This document shows, one piece after another, positions 36,876-46,838 of a stretch of 61,786 nucleotides of DNA. This DNA comes from Verrucomicrobiota bacterium (GTDB taxonomy: Bacteria > Verrucomicrobiota > Verrucomicrobiia > Verrucomicrobiales > Akkermansiaceae). How positions within the stretch are numbered: position 1 is the stretch's first letter; each line of letters opens with the position of its first letter. The notes under the pieces are model-generated. The model saw nothing but the letters and a program-made list of their open reading frames with translations, had not been told where the DNA came from and made no database searches. Made by a program: the position numbers and the translations under genes. Location: the NCBI GenBank assembly GCA_037132955.1, contig JBAXPF010000001.1, forward strand, positions 1 to 61,786, in the 5' to 3' direction.

Positions 36876-38486
36876 ATGAAATCACCATGGAAACCGGAAT
36901 GGCATATCATGATCGGTGCCGCGGCGGCGGCCGCATGGCTGGCTGATCCAGCACTGGCGGATATCGCAGCAAGCCTGCCGGAGGGTTTTGCGATTCCCTC
37001 CTGCACCTTGTCGCCGGACGGACGTCTCGGTGTGTTGGTGCCCGATGGTGACCGCTACCAAGAGAACAACGGCAACCGACTGGTCGATACCGCCACGGGC
37101 AAGGAAGTGGCACTGATTCTGGCCGGAACCGGCATGGAGCACATGAACCATGGTGGTATCTATCCGCAGTGGGCTGAAGACGGCAGTGGACTGCTATGGC
37201 TGGTGGGCGGCAAGTGGGTTCCCCGCGCCATGGTTTACTTGCTAATTGCGGACGGCAAGGTGAAGTGGCAGCAGGACCTGTTGACCCTGTCACAGCAGGA
37301 AATTCTCAAGCAGGTGCGCAAGGCCGACCCGGTCGCTTATGCTGCCGCGATGGAGGAAAACAAACGCCCCGGGACAGCCTATCCGGATGGTTTCACGATC
37401 GACGTGAAGGTCGTCGGAAGAGAAGACGGGCTGCCCCTGCGTTTTCTCGTCGCGCTGACTGCCGACCCGCTACACCTCAATTGCCCGCTCGGGGGGAAAA
37501 CCCTCAGCGGTCGGATTTATGAGCCTTTGCCTTCCGAACGCAAACCCTTTGATGTCATGCCCATGGGTGAGGTCGTGGAAGCAAGGATGCACGGCATACT
37601 GGCGGCGGATGGCTCGATCACCTGGTCGGGCTTCAGGGTGGGCACCGGCGTGAAGGCGGCGAAGAGGCACCAATACCTAACTGGCGGAGAGTGGCGCGGA
37701 GACCTGCCGGAAGATCTCGCGACCAAGGTCAGCAAAGCCGTGCCCGAAGCCATGGCCGCGGTTCAGGCATACGTCAGGCAACACCCCGAGGAGCGGTGCT
37801 GGAGCATCGTGCTCATGGCCGAGCCACGCGCGCCGGACTCACTCGCTGTCGATTTTCTCATGGTGATCGATTCTAACAGCCCTAACCCGCAGGGTTCTGG
37901 CGTGCCGGGCCGGCGGGAACGGGTGGATTTCCCTCTGGCAGCCGAGATTGCGGGGTCGCTGACCGGAAGTCTTGAGGAAGATGGCAGCATGACATGGGGG
38001 AAGTTCAACATGGTGACCGGAGCCGAAGCTCTCCGCCGCCGCGTCGCCATGAAGCAGGACGACGCCTTCCAGACCGAGGCACGGGCGGAAATTAGACGCC
38101 GCGTGGAGGCCGCCGCAGCGGAAACCATGGCCGCCTTGCGCACATTCGCGACCACCCAACCGGTGCAGGATGACGTGTGCAGAGCGGAATTCGAGACAAG
38201 GCACCTGTCGGAGCGCCATCCTGGCGTCCGGCCCTATGGCTTCGCGCTGACGCTGGAACCGGCCTACGTCAATTCGCGCCAAGTCAGGATGCCGCTGGAG
38301 GCCGAGTTCCAGGCACGTCTGGAAGGTGTCGTGCAGACCGAGGGCACCCTCGTATGGGCTGACTTCGCCCTCCTCCGCGGCGAGAATGCCCGCAAGGCCC
38401 GCAACGATAGCCACGTCGCACGCTACCATGCCGGATGGCCATCGTTTCTTGCACCATATACCATTTACCGTGCTGCCACCCGGTAG
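36876..38486 (+). CDS. Secreted hypothetical protein with a three-fold internal repeat
   Basis: Signal peptide; three units ending GILAADGSITWSGF / GSLEEDGSMTWGKF / GVVQTEGTLVWADF. Confidence 0.7.
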   Translation: MKSPWKPEWHIMIGAAAAAAWLADPALADIAASLPEGFAIPSCTLSPDGRLGVLVPDGDRYQENNGNRLVDTATGKEVALILAGTGMEHMNHGGIYPQWAEDGSGLLWLVGGKWVPRAMVYLLIADGKVKWQQDLLTLSQQEILKQVRKADPVAYAAAMEENKRPGTAYPDGFTIDVKVVGREDGLPLRFLVALTADPLHLNCPLGGKTLSGRIYEPLPSERKPFDVMPMGEVVEARMHGILAADGSITWSGFRVGTGVKAAKRHQYLTGGEWRGDLPEDLATKVSKAVPEAMAAVQAYVRQHPEERCWSIVLMAEPRAPDSLAVDFLMVIDSNSPNPQGSGVPGRRERVDFPLAAEIAGSLTGSLEEDGSMTWGKFNMVTGAEALRRRVAMKQDDAFQTEARAEIRRRVEAAAAETMAALRTFATTQPVQDDVCRAEFETRHLSERHPGVRPYGFALTLEPAYVNSRQVRMPLEAEFQARLEGVVQTEGTLVWADFALLRGENARKARNDSHVARYHAGWPSFLAPYTIYRAATR

Positions 38487-38556
38487 AATGCCGCATCGTC
38501 AGGCGCGGCAAAATTGCAGCCGATTTAACCTTGCGCGTTGACTGTTGTTTGCGGAG

Positions 38557-38627
38557 CCATTCACACGGGCTCCGGCCGCGAGCAACAGCGTCACGTTTTG
38601 CAGTCGGCAATGTCCCGCGGCGCTCAT
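38557..38627 (-). pseudogene. Isolated ankyrin-repeat gene fragment
   Basis: 71-bp ungapped homolog of 35128-35198 (MSAAGHCRLQNVTLLLAAGARVNG vs MSAAGHCRLETVTLLLGAGASVNG). Confidence 0.8.
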
Positions 38628-38802
38628 GGTGTCAGCAATGTCCATGTCGCTGGTTGGTTAGCATTTCGGGGTTATCGACGACGATAAATCTTTTCAAGCT
38701 CATCGCTTCGCGCGGTCACCGCGTCAGCCTCCTTCCAGCGTTGCATATAAGAGGGGATGTTTCATTTTGTGCCTCCGGTTGTTTGTTAGCATGTTGAACG
38801 CC

Positions 38803-41033
38803 TCACTTGTCGCGCGGATACTTTTCGAGCAGTGTCACCATTGCCTGATCGCCGCGGGCTTTCGCCACGTCGAGGGCGGTGGTTTTGGTTTGGGGATTGG
38901 GGGCGTCGGGGTTGGCGCCGGAGACGAGCAGGGCGCGCACGGCACGCAACTGGCCGCCGGAGGCCGCCACCCAGACGGGCGGTTTTTCGTTAGGACCGGT
39001 GGCGTCCGGCGCGGCGCCGTGGGTTAGAAGCACGGCCATGCTGGCGGTTTTGCCGGCGGCCGCCGCATGGGCCAGCGGGCTGATGCCATTCACATCGAGC
39101 ACCTTGGGGTCCGCGCCGAGATCCAGCAGCACCTGCACGGTCGCCACCCTGGATATGGCAGCGGCCAGCGCCAGCGGCATGACCTTGTGATACATTTCCT
39201 TGTTCACCTGGGCGCCCGTCCCGACCAGCGGTTTGATCAGCGTGCTGCGGCGCATAGCGATGGCGCCGAAGAGCAAGCCGGGTTTGGTGTTATCCTCAGC
39301 CTCAGGCTTGGCACCGTGCTTGAGCAGCAGGCTGACCACCGCCAGGGTGTCCTCATCCGCGGTGCTGGCACCATTGGCAACCATCACCAGCGGCGTGAAA
39401 CCGAACGGGGATTTGGCATTCGGATCGGCTCCGGCGGCAAGGAGTTTGGCTACCAAGCGCTCGCGAATGGCATCGGACTTTTCGATGCGCAATGGCAGAA
39501 TCGCGGCGAGCAGCGGTTGCAGCTCCACACCCTTGGATGCAAGCCCGGGTCCGCCTGTCTTCAACAGCCAATCGACGACATCCTCATGGCCGCATAACAG
39601 TGCCAACTCCAAGGGCACGGGCCATGGAATGTTAGACCGCATCTCGTCAGGAATTATCGCCAGCATTTCCTTGGCCACGGGGAGATTCCCGCCGGTGCAG
39701 GCTGCGCCAAGCAACCCGACGTCCTGGTTGGGATCCTTGGGAAACCTAGCCTTGCCCCGCAGGGCTTGCACCGCTGCCGGACCGCCGGTGCGGGCGGTAG
39801 CCAGCAATGGAGTGTAGCCTAACGGGTTGGCACGATCGGGATTAGCTCCTTTCTTCAACAGCATTTCGATCAGGGCGGGATCACCGCTGCTACACGCGGC
39901 GATCAGAGGAGTGTCGGAAGTTTTCCAGCTAGAATCCGAATCCACGGGAGCCCCGGCTTCGAGCAAAGCCAGCGCCGCCTCCCGCGATCCGAAAGCACAA
40001 GCTTCGGCGAGCGGCAATTGATCTGGCGTGCCCTTCACATCCGCCCCCGCCGCAGCCATCCGTAGCCAATTTCCATGTCGCCGAACGAGGGTTCGTTGCT
40101 CGGATCGATGGACGCTGGCAGCAGGTGCTTCAGGCCAGCACATTCCACGGTAAGCCAGCGGCCAGACGGCAAGGACTCCATGCCTTTGCCGAGTGGCAGC
40201 TCGTCGTCGTCAGGCACATAGGCGCGAAATGTGGCAGGGTGCGCGATCACCGGACCACTCCAAAGCGGGTCTGCGTGATTTCTAAGAAACGGCCTCTGGA
40301 TGAACACGGACGGTTCGGCGCTATTGAGTATGGCCATGGATTTGCAGCCCTTGCCCGCAGTGATTTCGATGAAGTCGCGGCCATCCTTTTCGATCATCGG
40401 GACACGCGTGGCACCCGCAGCGGGCGTGGCCTCCCGTTGCCACTCTAACTGTAGTGTCGGCTCATCCAGAACAAATGGCAGCGTTTTGAGCAGGTCCCAG
40501 CCCAGCCTTCCGGAAATGCCTTCGCCATACATCTTGACGGACTCCTGTGACATTTCCGACAGATTGTAGGGAGCCAGATGAACGTCCGTGGCCGTTGCCG
40601 CGCCGCACTGCAAAACATCAACCCGAAAGCGTTTGTTTTCGCCGCTGCCGCGGTCCCCGATGAAACCCGTCATCAGACCGCAATTCGAAACCACGGGCAG
40701 TTTGAGCCGTGCCGCCACCTGGGGATCGATGCAGGACGAACGCCAGCCGGTGGCGATCATAAACCATCCGGCGTCGGCACCATTGATCGTCACTTTTGCC
40801 AGCACCCAACCGCCCGCCCACCGCAGGGGCACCGGTTCCAGCGGTGCCTCCGCTGCCAGTTCGAATGCGGGCTCCAGCGGAAACGCCAGGGAGGAACCGG
40901 CGAGCAGCCGCGCAGAACCGGCGAGCAGCGCGAGAGAGACCGTCAATACTGTTAGAAAATGACCGTGCAGGCGAGCCCGCCAGGAAAATCCGGAGCGCAA
41001 AGCGGCAAGCGTCTGTGAGGAGGCGGGATTCAT
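38803..41033 (-). pseudogene. Tandem aspartyl-protease-like + ankyrin-repeat gene, split by a frameshift near 40050
   Basis: ORF 40035-41033 has two retropepsin-like domains (VTING..WFMIATG, GRLGWDLL; AILNSA, EIGYGWLR); the ankyrin ORF begins mid-repeat (AAGADVKG) in another frame at the same point. Confidence 0.6.
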
Positions 41034-41331
41034 TTGATTGCTCCTGTTGTATGTTAGATCAGTGATGCCTGATTTTTGTCGTGCTGGTTTTCCAGCGAGT
41101 GTCACCCTTCGCGGGCAGTTGACACGATCAGAGCAACCGGCATAATCCAGTTGTGGCCAATGACTATCAAGTCAATTCCATCCAGCCGCTTTGGTTAAGT
41201 GATCTTCCAAGATCCCGACAATTTAGGAGATCCTAAGCAATGCGGCTGGCTCCGGCTTCAAGCTGTTGCCCAAGGTGAGGGCGCTCATCTTGAGCATGAC
41301 GCGGAGCAGCCACGGTCACGGCACTCAGAGT

Positions 41332-41377
41332 CTTCGGCAGGATGCCGAAGGCAGCCGCCAAGATGGCGGCGCTCCCC
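41332..41377. repeat. REP-like double hairpin
   Basis: CTTCGGCA-GGA-TGCCGAAG and GCCGCC-AAGAT-GGCGGC followed by GCTCCCC; intergenic, downstream of hisH. Confidence 0.6.
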
Positions 41378-41420
41378 AGTGCGTTCGCGCCACCTCTGAC
41401 CTCTAACCACGGCGCGGGCT

Positions 41421-42035
41421 TCAGACGCGTAGGAAATTGCGGATGAGGCGCAAGCCGGCGTCCTGGCTTTTTTCCGGGTGGAACTGGCAGGCTAGCAGAT
41501 TGGGCCTCTCGATGGCGGCGGCAAACGTCTCGTTGCCATAAGTGGTGTCCGCCGCGATGAGGGCGGCGTCCTCGGGCACCGGAAAATACGAATGCACGAA
41601 ATAGAAATACGGTTCGGCTCCCAACCCTTGCCAGCAGCCTTGCGTGGGCGTGCGTGGCACCGCCGCATTCCAGCCCATGTGGGGGATCTTCAGGCCGGGG
41701 GCCTCCGCAAAGCGCCGCACCTGTCCTTTCACCAATCCCAACCCGGCCACGCCGGGGCTTTCCTCGCTGCCATCAAACAAGATCTGATAGCCCAGACAAA
41801 TCCCCAGATACGGCTTGCCGGCAAGCACCCAGGCGCGGATTGGATCCAACAAATCCCGGCCTGCCAGTTGGGCCATGCAATCGCCGAAGGCACCGACGCC
41901 GGGCAGGACCAGATGGGTGGCGTCGGTTAGATCCTGCGGGGCGGCGGCGAGCTGCGGCGCGACGCCGATGGCGGCGAGCGCGTTGGCCACGCTGCGGAGG
42001 TTGCCGGCACCGTAATCAATCAACGCGACCTTCAC
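41421..42035 (-). CDS. hisH: Imidazole glycerol phosphate synthase subunit HisH
   Basis: IDYGAGNLRSV, LPGVGAF, GICLGYQ, PHMGWN, YFVHSY and QFHPEKS. Confidence 0.96.
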   Translation of the reverse strand: MKVALIDYGAGNLRSVANALAAIGVAPQLAAAPQDLTDATHLVLPGVGAFGDCMAQLAGRDLLDPIRAWVLAGKPYLGICLGYQILFDGSEESPGVAGLGLVKGQVRRFAEAPGLKIPHMGWNAAVPRTPTQGCWQGLGAEPYFYFVHSYFPVPEDAALIAADTTYGNETFAAAIERPNLLACQFHPEKSQDAGLRLIRNFLRV

Positions 42036-42625
42036 AACGCTTGCTTGGTGCTGGGGATGCCCTTGACCCGCGGGTCGCGCTCGCAGGCCTCACGCAAGGC
42101 GCGGGCCAGGCCTTTGAAGATGGCTTCCGCGACGTGATGGCCGTCGCGGCCGTAGAGGAGTTCGACGTGGATGTTAGCCCGCAAATTGGAGGCCACGGCG
42201 CGGCAAAATTCCTCGACGAGAGTGAATGGGAAATTCGGCGCGGAGGGCGTGCCGGCAGGGGCCCGGAACTCGAGGTGCGGACGGTTGCTCAGATCGATGA
42301 CGACGCGGGCGAGCGTTTCGTCCATCGGCAGATAGGCGCAGCCGTAGCGGTGGATGCCTTCCTTGGTGCCGAGCGCCTCGCGCAGGCAATCGCCAAGAAC
42401 AATCCCGACGTCCTCAACCGTGTGGTGGAAATCCACCGCCAGATCGCCCGTCGCTTTCACGCTTAGATCAAACAAGCCGTGCTTGGAGAACAAGGTGAGC
42501 ATGTGATCGAAAAACGGGATACCGGTATCAATCGAGGAAACTCCCGAACCATCGAGGGCAATGGAAAGTTCGATAGCAGTCTCCGCGGTTTTGCGGGAAC
42601 GGGTGGCGGTGCGTGCGGTTGGCAT
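42032..42625 (-). CDS. hisB: Imidazoleglycerol-phosphate dehydratase
   Basis: RKTAET, TGIPFFDHML, DFHHTVED, PMDE, HHVAEAIFK and PSTK. Confidence 0.96.
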   Translation of the reverse strand: MPTARTATRSRKTAETAIELSIALDGSGVSSIDTGIPFFDHMLTLFSKHGLFDLSVKATGDLAVDFHHTVEDVGIVLGDCLREALGTKEGIHRYGCAYLPMDETLARVVIDLSNRPHLEFRAPAGTPSAPNFPFTLVEEFCRAVASNLRANIHVELLYGRDGHHVAEAIFKGLARALREACERDPRVKGIPSTKQAL

Positions 42626-42641
42626 GAGTCCTAACAAGTAA

Positions 42642-43733
42642 TCATTTGCCGGCGGGCTTCACGACCGGAGCCTTGACTTCAGCCTGCAGCAGCTTGAGGT
42701 ATCGCTCAGGCAGACCGGCGGATTCCGCTTCGGAGATGGCTTTTTCCACGGTCTCGGCAGCGGCGTCGTTGTGGATGGATTTCCATGTGGTGCGGAAGAT
42801 TTTGCCGCCATCCGGGGTGGGCGCGGGTTGGCCTCGCAGCTGGGTGAGGCGCTGCAATTCCGCTTCGGCGAAGCTGTTATCGTCTTCGAGCGACTGCCTG
42901 TGTGACAGGTGCGGGGTCACCCAGGGAAGCTCGGCTTTCTTTTCTTTTTGATAGAGTGCTTCGATCTCCACGGCTTGCTCGGCCAGCGCGCGCTTGGAAC
43001 TTCCGCCATCGCGTTGGGACAAGGCTTCGGCCTCCGCCGCTTGCTTGTCCATGCGCTCATCAAAGGTGGCAAGTTCGTTGGTGAGCTGGGCGCGGAATGC
43101 TTGCAGGGATTTGATCACCAGGGGCAACACCTCGCGGTAGCTGGTGCTGGATTGATAGTCCTTGTCAAATTCCACAAAGTTGCGGAGCAGCACGAGCGAT
43201 TGCGCTTTGTTGGCTGCGTCGCGGATTTTCGCCTCGAACACGCGGGCATCCAGATCAAAGGCATTGGCCCGGTAATCCGCGGCAAGGATCATCATTCCCT
43301 GCAGCTTTCTGCCACCGGCCGCGACCACCGCGCTTTCATCGGTTAGTTTTTTCAGAATACCCTGCGCATCCTTGAGCCGGTCGCTCTGGGGGAATTTGGT
43401 GATGAAGGATTTCACCGCCTGGCAGCGTTGCTGGTAGTCGTCTTCGGTGAGCAAGTCGGGCGTGGGCAGCAACTTGGCGATCGCCGCGAAGGCTTGCTCG
43501 TCGGGCTTGTCGGTGATGATTTTGACCACGTCCGTTTTGGGCACGATTTTGATGTCCTTGATGCCCTTGTTCACCCGGTTGACTTGGTACTCGATGACAT
43601 AAGCGCCACCCTGTTCCCGGATGATCTTGCCATCCAGAACCTTGCCGTCTTTGAGGGTGAAAGTGTCTGCCAACCCCAACCCCGCAAAACCATAAACCCA
43701 AAACAATGTTGAAGTGAACGAAGAGATTTTCAT
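42642..43733 (-). CDS. PTPDL-family secreted protein
   Basis: ADTFTLKDGKVLDGKII N-terminus and LLPTPDLL motif; helical remainder. Confidence 0.7.
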   Translation of the reverse strand: MKISSFTSTLFWVYGFAGLGLADTFTLKDGKVLDGKIIREQGGAYVIEYQVNRVNKGIKDIKIVPKTDVVKIITDKPDEQAFAAIAKLLPTPDLLTEDDYQQRCQAVKSFITKFPQSDRLKDAQGILKKLTDESAVVAAGGRKLQGMMILAADYRANAFDLDARVFEAKIRDAANKAQSLVLLRNFVEFDKDYQSSTSYREVLPLVIKSLQAFRAQLTNELATFDERMDKQAAEAEALSQRDGGSSKRALAEQAVEIEALYQKEKKAELPWVTPHLSHRQSLEDDNSFAEAELQRLTQLRGQPAPTPDGGKIFRTTWKSIHNDAAAETVEKAISEAESAGLPERYLKLLQAEVKAPVVKPAGK

Positions 43734-43763
43734 CGGCTTGAGGGATTGACGCGCACGGAGTAT

Positions 43764-45938
43764 TCACCCGTTCCCCCCCGAAGGCAAGAGGACATCTCGC
43801 AAGTCGTCGGGGGTCGCAGCCATCCGGGCGCTGCCATCCGGCAGGATGATTTTCACCGCGCCGCTGGGCACGGCGTCGCCGCCAACGCCTGCGCGTTGCT
43901 TGAACTGACGCAGCGGCAAGCGTTCGACAGCGGTCTGCAAGGGTTCCGGCAGATCCTTGCCGAGCACCAGCAAGGGTGCGTAGTGCCGCACCAGTGCGGC
44001 TTGAATCAGGTCCGTGTGCAGCACCGGTCGCTCCACGACCGACCGCGGCAGCATCACGGCCAGACGGCTGAAGGCTTCCACCAAGGGACGTTTGCGTGCT
44101 GCCAGGCGACATTCCGCGAAGGACATCAATCCGGCCGTGGAATCGTCAAACAACATGACCAGGTCGCTGATCGGAAGATCGAGGACTTTGGCATTGTCGG
44201 GACACTCCTTGAGAAAATTGGACTCCGTAAAGCGCTCGGCGGCGGTGCTCGCCAGATCGTCCGCCCACGCGAGCCACTTTTCCTCCCCCGTGATGTCCGC
44301 CAGATCCAGCGCGGCTTGGATGGCCAGACTGTAAAGAAAGGCCCGGCCCGCGGCAATCGGCGGTGGGGTCTTGGTGGCATACATCCAGAGCTGCGGGCCG
44401 TCGGTAAAGGTCTTGCGGGCCTGCTCCAGCAAGGTCACCGCCTTGTCGCGGAGCGCGGGGTTGCCCGTGGCACCAAAGGCCGCCGCATAGGCGGAAACCA
44501 TCCGAAACGTGGTGGCGGCATGTGCCGTTTCATCTCTCACCGCGGCACCCAGGCGTTCCTCACGAACTTTGAGCAACATCTTGCGTGCGGTCTCAAACCG
44601 CGGCTTGAAGGCGTCCGGGGTGAGCGCAAGTTCAGCGGCGATCTGAGCCATCGGCTTGACCAAGCCAAGGGTGTTGCAGCGGAAAAACTCGCGGGTGGGA
44701 TCATCTTCGGATGGCAGGTTGCCCAAGCCGCGCATCCCGGTGGCGGCGATCCACCATGCGGCGTCTTGCGGCGGCAGTGTCTTTTGGATTTCTTCCACCG
44801 ACCACAGCCAGGACTTGGTGAGAGTGCCCGGTGCGGACCCAAGCGCGAACAAGCCATCACGGGTGGCATACGTTTTTTCAGCAAAGGCGAGCACTCCGAG
44901 CGCCCGCTCAAGCGCCAGCGGATTGCCCGTTGCCTGATAGGCGCGACACAAGGCGACGATGGCGCGGGCCTGGCTGTTGGCTTCCCGATCAAACACCGCA
45001 TAGGCCCAAGTCGCCGCACGCCGCGACGCAAACAGCCCGCCATCGAGCGGGTCGAACATCGCACTGGGCAACAAGTCCGCCATCAACTCTTGGACGGTCT
45101 TCAGACTCAGGGCGCGGATTTCCTTCGGCAGCTCGGGATGGATCGCCGCGCTTGCCAACAAGTCGATGACTCCTGAGGGAAACAGTCCGCCCGCCTTATC
45201 AAAGGAACGCGAACCCGGATCGTAGAGCGAGACCAGTTGCCGGATAGCCTTGAGCACATCGGCGGCGGGATCCTTGCTGACCCGGGCCGGGTCGGTGCGG
45301 CGGGTGAGCCTGGCCCGGCGTCCCTGATTGTCCATGGCGCTGTTGTTGGTCACATATTCGGGATTCTTCACCCAACTGCTGTTGACCATCGCATGGGACT
45401 TGTAAAACAAATCCCGGGCACTCTTGGGCACCTCCGCGGACACCGGAATCCAAGCCACCGGATTGGCCTCGGGCGTCAACCAAACCAACAGCGGCAATTG
45501 CAGCGGACGCTGGATTTCAGCCGCCAAGTCCGCCGTCAACAATCCGACCTCGCGTGCCGCATCCCCATCGACCAACACCGGCACATACTGCTCGTTGATC
45601 AGTGTCACCAAGTTGGCATCCGCCGCCAGCTCGCTCAACACCTTGCGAAACGCCGTCTGCTGCGGCACGGCAATCACCAGAAACACCAGGCGCTTGGCCG
45701 CCTTGGCATGCTCGAAGACCGCCTTGGACCATGGCTGCCAATGAATCGGCGAACTGGCCTGGCCCGCGTATACCCCACCCGGCAGCCCCGCCATCCCGTT
45801 GCTCCGCAACTCCGGCGCCACCGTCGCCGGGGACTCGACCATCGCCGCAGGCGTGCGTTTCCGACAGGAACTCCCGCCCAGCAACATGGCGCCCATCACT
45901 GCGGTGCCCACCAGCTTGGAAATAATCGTGGAATTCAT
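43764..45938 (-). CDS. YyaL/DUF255 thioredoxin-like + alpha/alpha-barrel lipoprotein
   Basis: SPIHWQPWS..AFE-like, INEQYVPVLVD, PLLVWLTPE, MFDPLDGG; lipobox GGSSC. Confidence 0.78.
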   Translation of the reverse strand: MNSTIISKLVGTAVMGAMLLGGSSCRKRTPAAMVESPATVAPELRSNGMAGLPGGVYAGQASSPIHWQPWSKAVFEHAKAAKRLVFLVIAVPQQTAFRKVLSELAADANLVTLINEQYVPVLVDGDAAREVGLLTADLAAEIQRPLQLPLLVWLTPEANPVAWIPVSAEVPKSARDLFYKSHAMVNSSWVKNPEYVTNNSAMDNQGRRARLTRRTDPARVSKDPAADVLKAIRQLVSLYDPGSRSFDKAGGLFPSGVIDLLASAAIHPELPKEIRALSLKTVQELMADLLPSAMFDPLDGGLFASRRAATWAYAVFDREANSQARAIVALCRAYQATGNPLALERALGVLAFAEKTYATRDGLFALGSAPGTLTKSWLWSVEEIQKTLPPQDAAWWIAATGMRGLGNLPSEDDPTREFFRCNTLGLVKPMAQIAAELALTPDAFKPRFETARKMLLKVREERLGAAVRDETAHAATTFRMVSAYAAAFGATGNPALRDKAVTLLEQARKTFTDGPQLWMYATKTPPPIAAGRAFLYSLAIQAALDLADITGEEKWLAWADDLASTAAERFTESNFLKECPDNAKVLDLPISDLVMLFDDSTAGLMSFAECRLAARKRPLVEAFSRLAVMLPRSVVERPVLHTDLIQAALVRHYAPLLVLGKDLPEPLQTAVERLPLRQFKQRAGVGGDAVPSGAVKIILPDGSARMAATPDDLRDVLLPSGGNG

Positions 45939-46046
45939 AATGACTTGGATTAACGCCCGTTTGCAGCTCGTGTGGCTCTGACCTAAAGAAAATACTTCCC
46001 CTGTGGCAAGCACAAGCTAGTTTGCGCCTACAATTTCTTACCAAGT

Positions 46047-46838
46047 GTGACCAGCATTGCCGTTTCCAGTCAAAAAGGCGGGGTGGGTAAAACCACCCTA
46101 TCCATCAATCTGGCCCATGCCTTTGCGCGGGTCGGCATCAAAACCTTGTTGGTGGATGCCGATCCCCAAGGCTCCGTCGGCCATTCCCTCACCCGCCAGT
46201 CGCGCCTGCTCACCGGGTTTTACGATTTTCTAACAGATCCGACGCTCCCGCTGGAACGCCTGGTGGTGCCCACGCGGCTCGACACCTTCGCGCTGGTGGC
46301 CAGCGGCCATGCCAGCGATTACGAAGCGGGCGGGGGGGGCAATGGCTCCCATCTGGCACGGGTGCGTGCGTTTCTGCGCGCGGTCGCGGCCCGCGGCTTC
46401 GACCTCTGTCTGATGGATACCGCCGCCGGGCTGTTCGGCGTCACCGGCGATGTCATCGCCTCCTGCGATGCGGTCCTCATTCCGCAACAAGCCGAACCGC
46501 TGGGCATTCGTTCGGTGCCCAAACTGCTGGAGGGCTTGCAGCGGCTGCGCATCACCAATCCGCGCCTCAACGTGCTCGGCGTTTGCCTGTCGATGGTCCA
46601 ACCCGAGTTGGCGGACAGTCGTGAAGCCGCCTCGACGCTGCGCCAGATCCTGCCGCCGGATTGGGTCTTTCAAACACACATTCCACGGGATCCCCTGTTT
46701 ATCCGCGCCAGTGCCCGCGGTCTGCCGGTGGGCCTGCTCGGGGCGGGTGGCGGCGTGCAGCGGGTTTTCGATGCCCTCCGCAACGAGATCGAGGCCAAGC
46801 TGGGAAACGCCGCCGCCCGGTCCAACCCTCCCGTCTAA
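46047..46838 (+). CDS. ParA/Soj-family ATPase (no parB in window)
   Basis: [10 protein letters not shown] deviant Walker [10 protein letters not shown] and LMDT. Confidence 0.9.
   Translation: MTSIAVSSQKGGVGKTTLSINLAHAFARVGIKTLLVDADPQGSVGHSLTRQSRLLTGFYDFLTDPTLPLERLVVPTRLDTFALVASGHASDYEAGGGGNGSHLARVRAFLRAVAARGFDLCLMDTAAGLFGVTGDVIASCDAVLIPQQAEPLGIRSVPKLLEGLQRLRITNPRLNVLGVCLSMVQPELADSREAASTLRQILPPDWVFQTHIPRDPLFIRASARGLPVGLLGAGGGVQRVFDALRNEIEAKLGNAAARSNPPV

Noticed and set aside
43746-45176. Long antisense ORFs (also 4742-5731, 26956-27882, 33150-34043, 52012-53013, 53540-54592, 60014-61126)
   Set aside because: Shadow frames opposite well-supported genes, expected at high GC; no recognisable motifs
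46047-46838. Plasmid or chromosome partition locus
   Set aside because: No parB, parS palindrome or rep gene seen; context is chromosomal housekeeping genes
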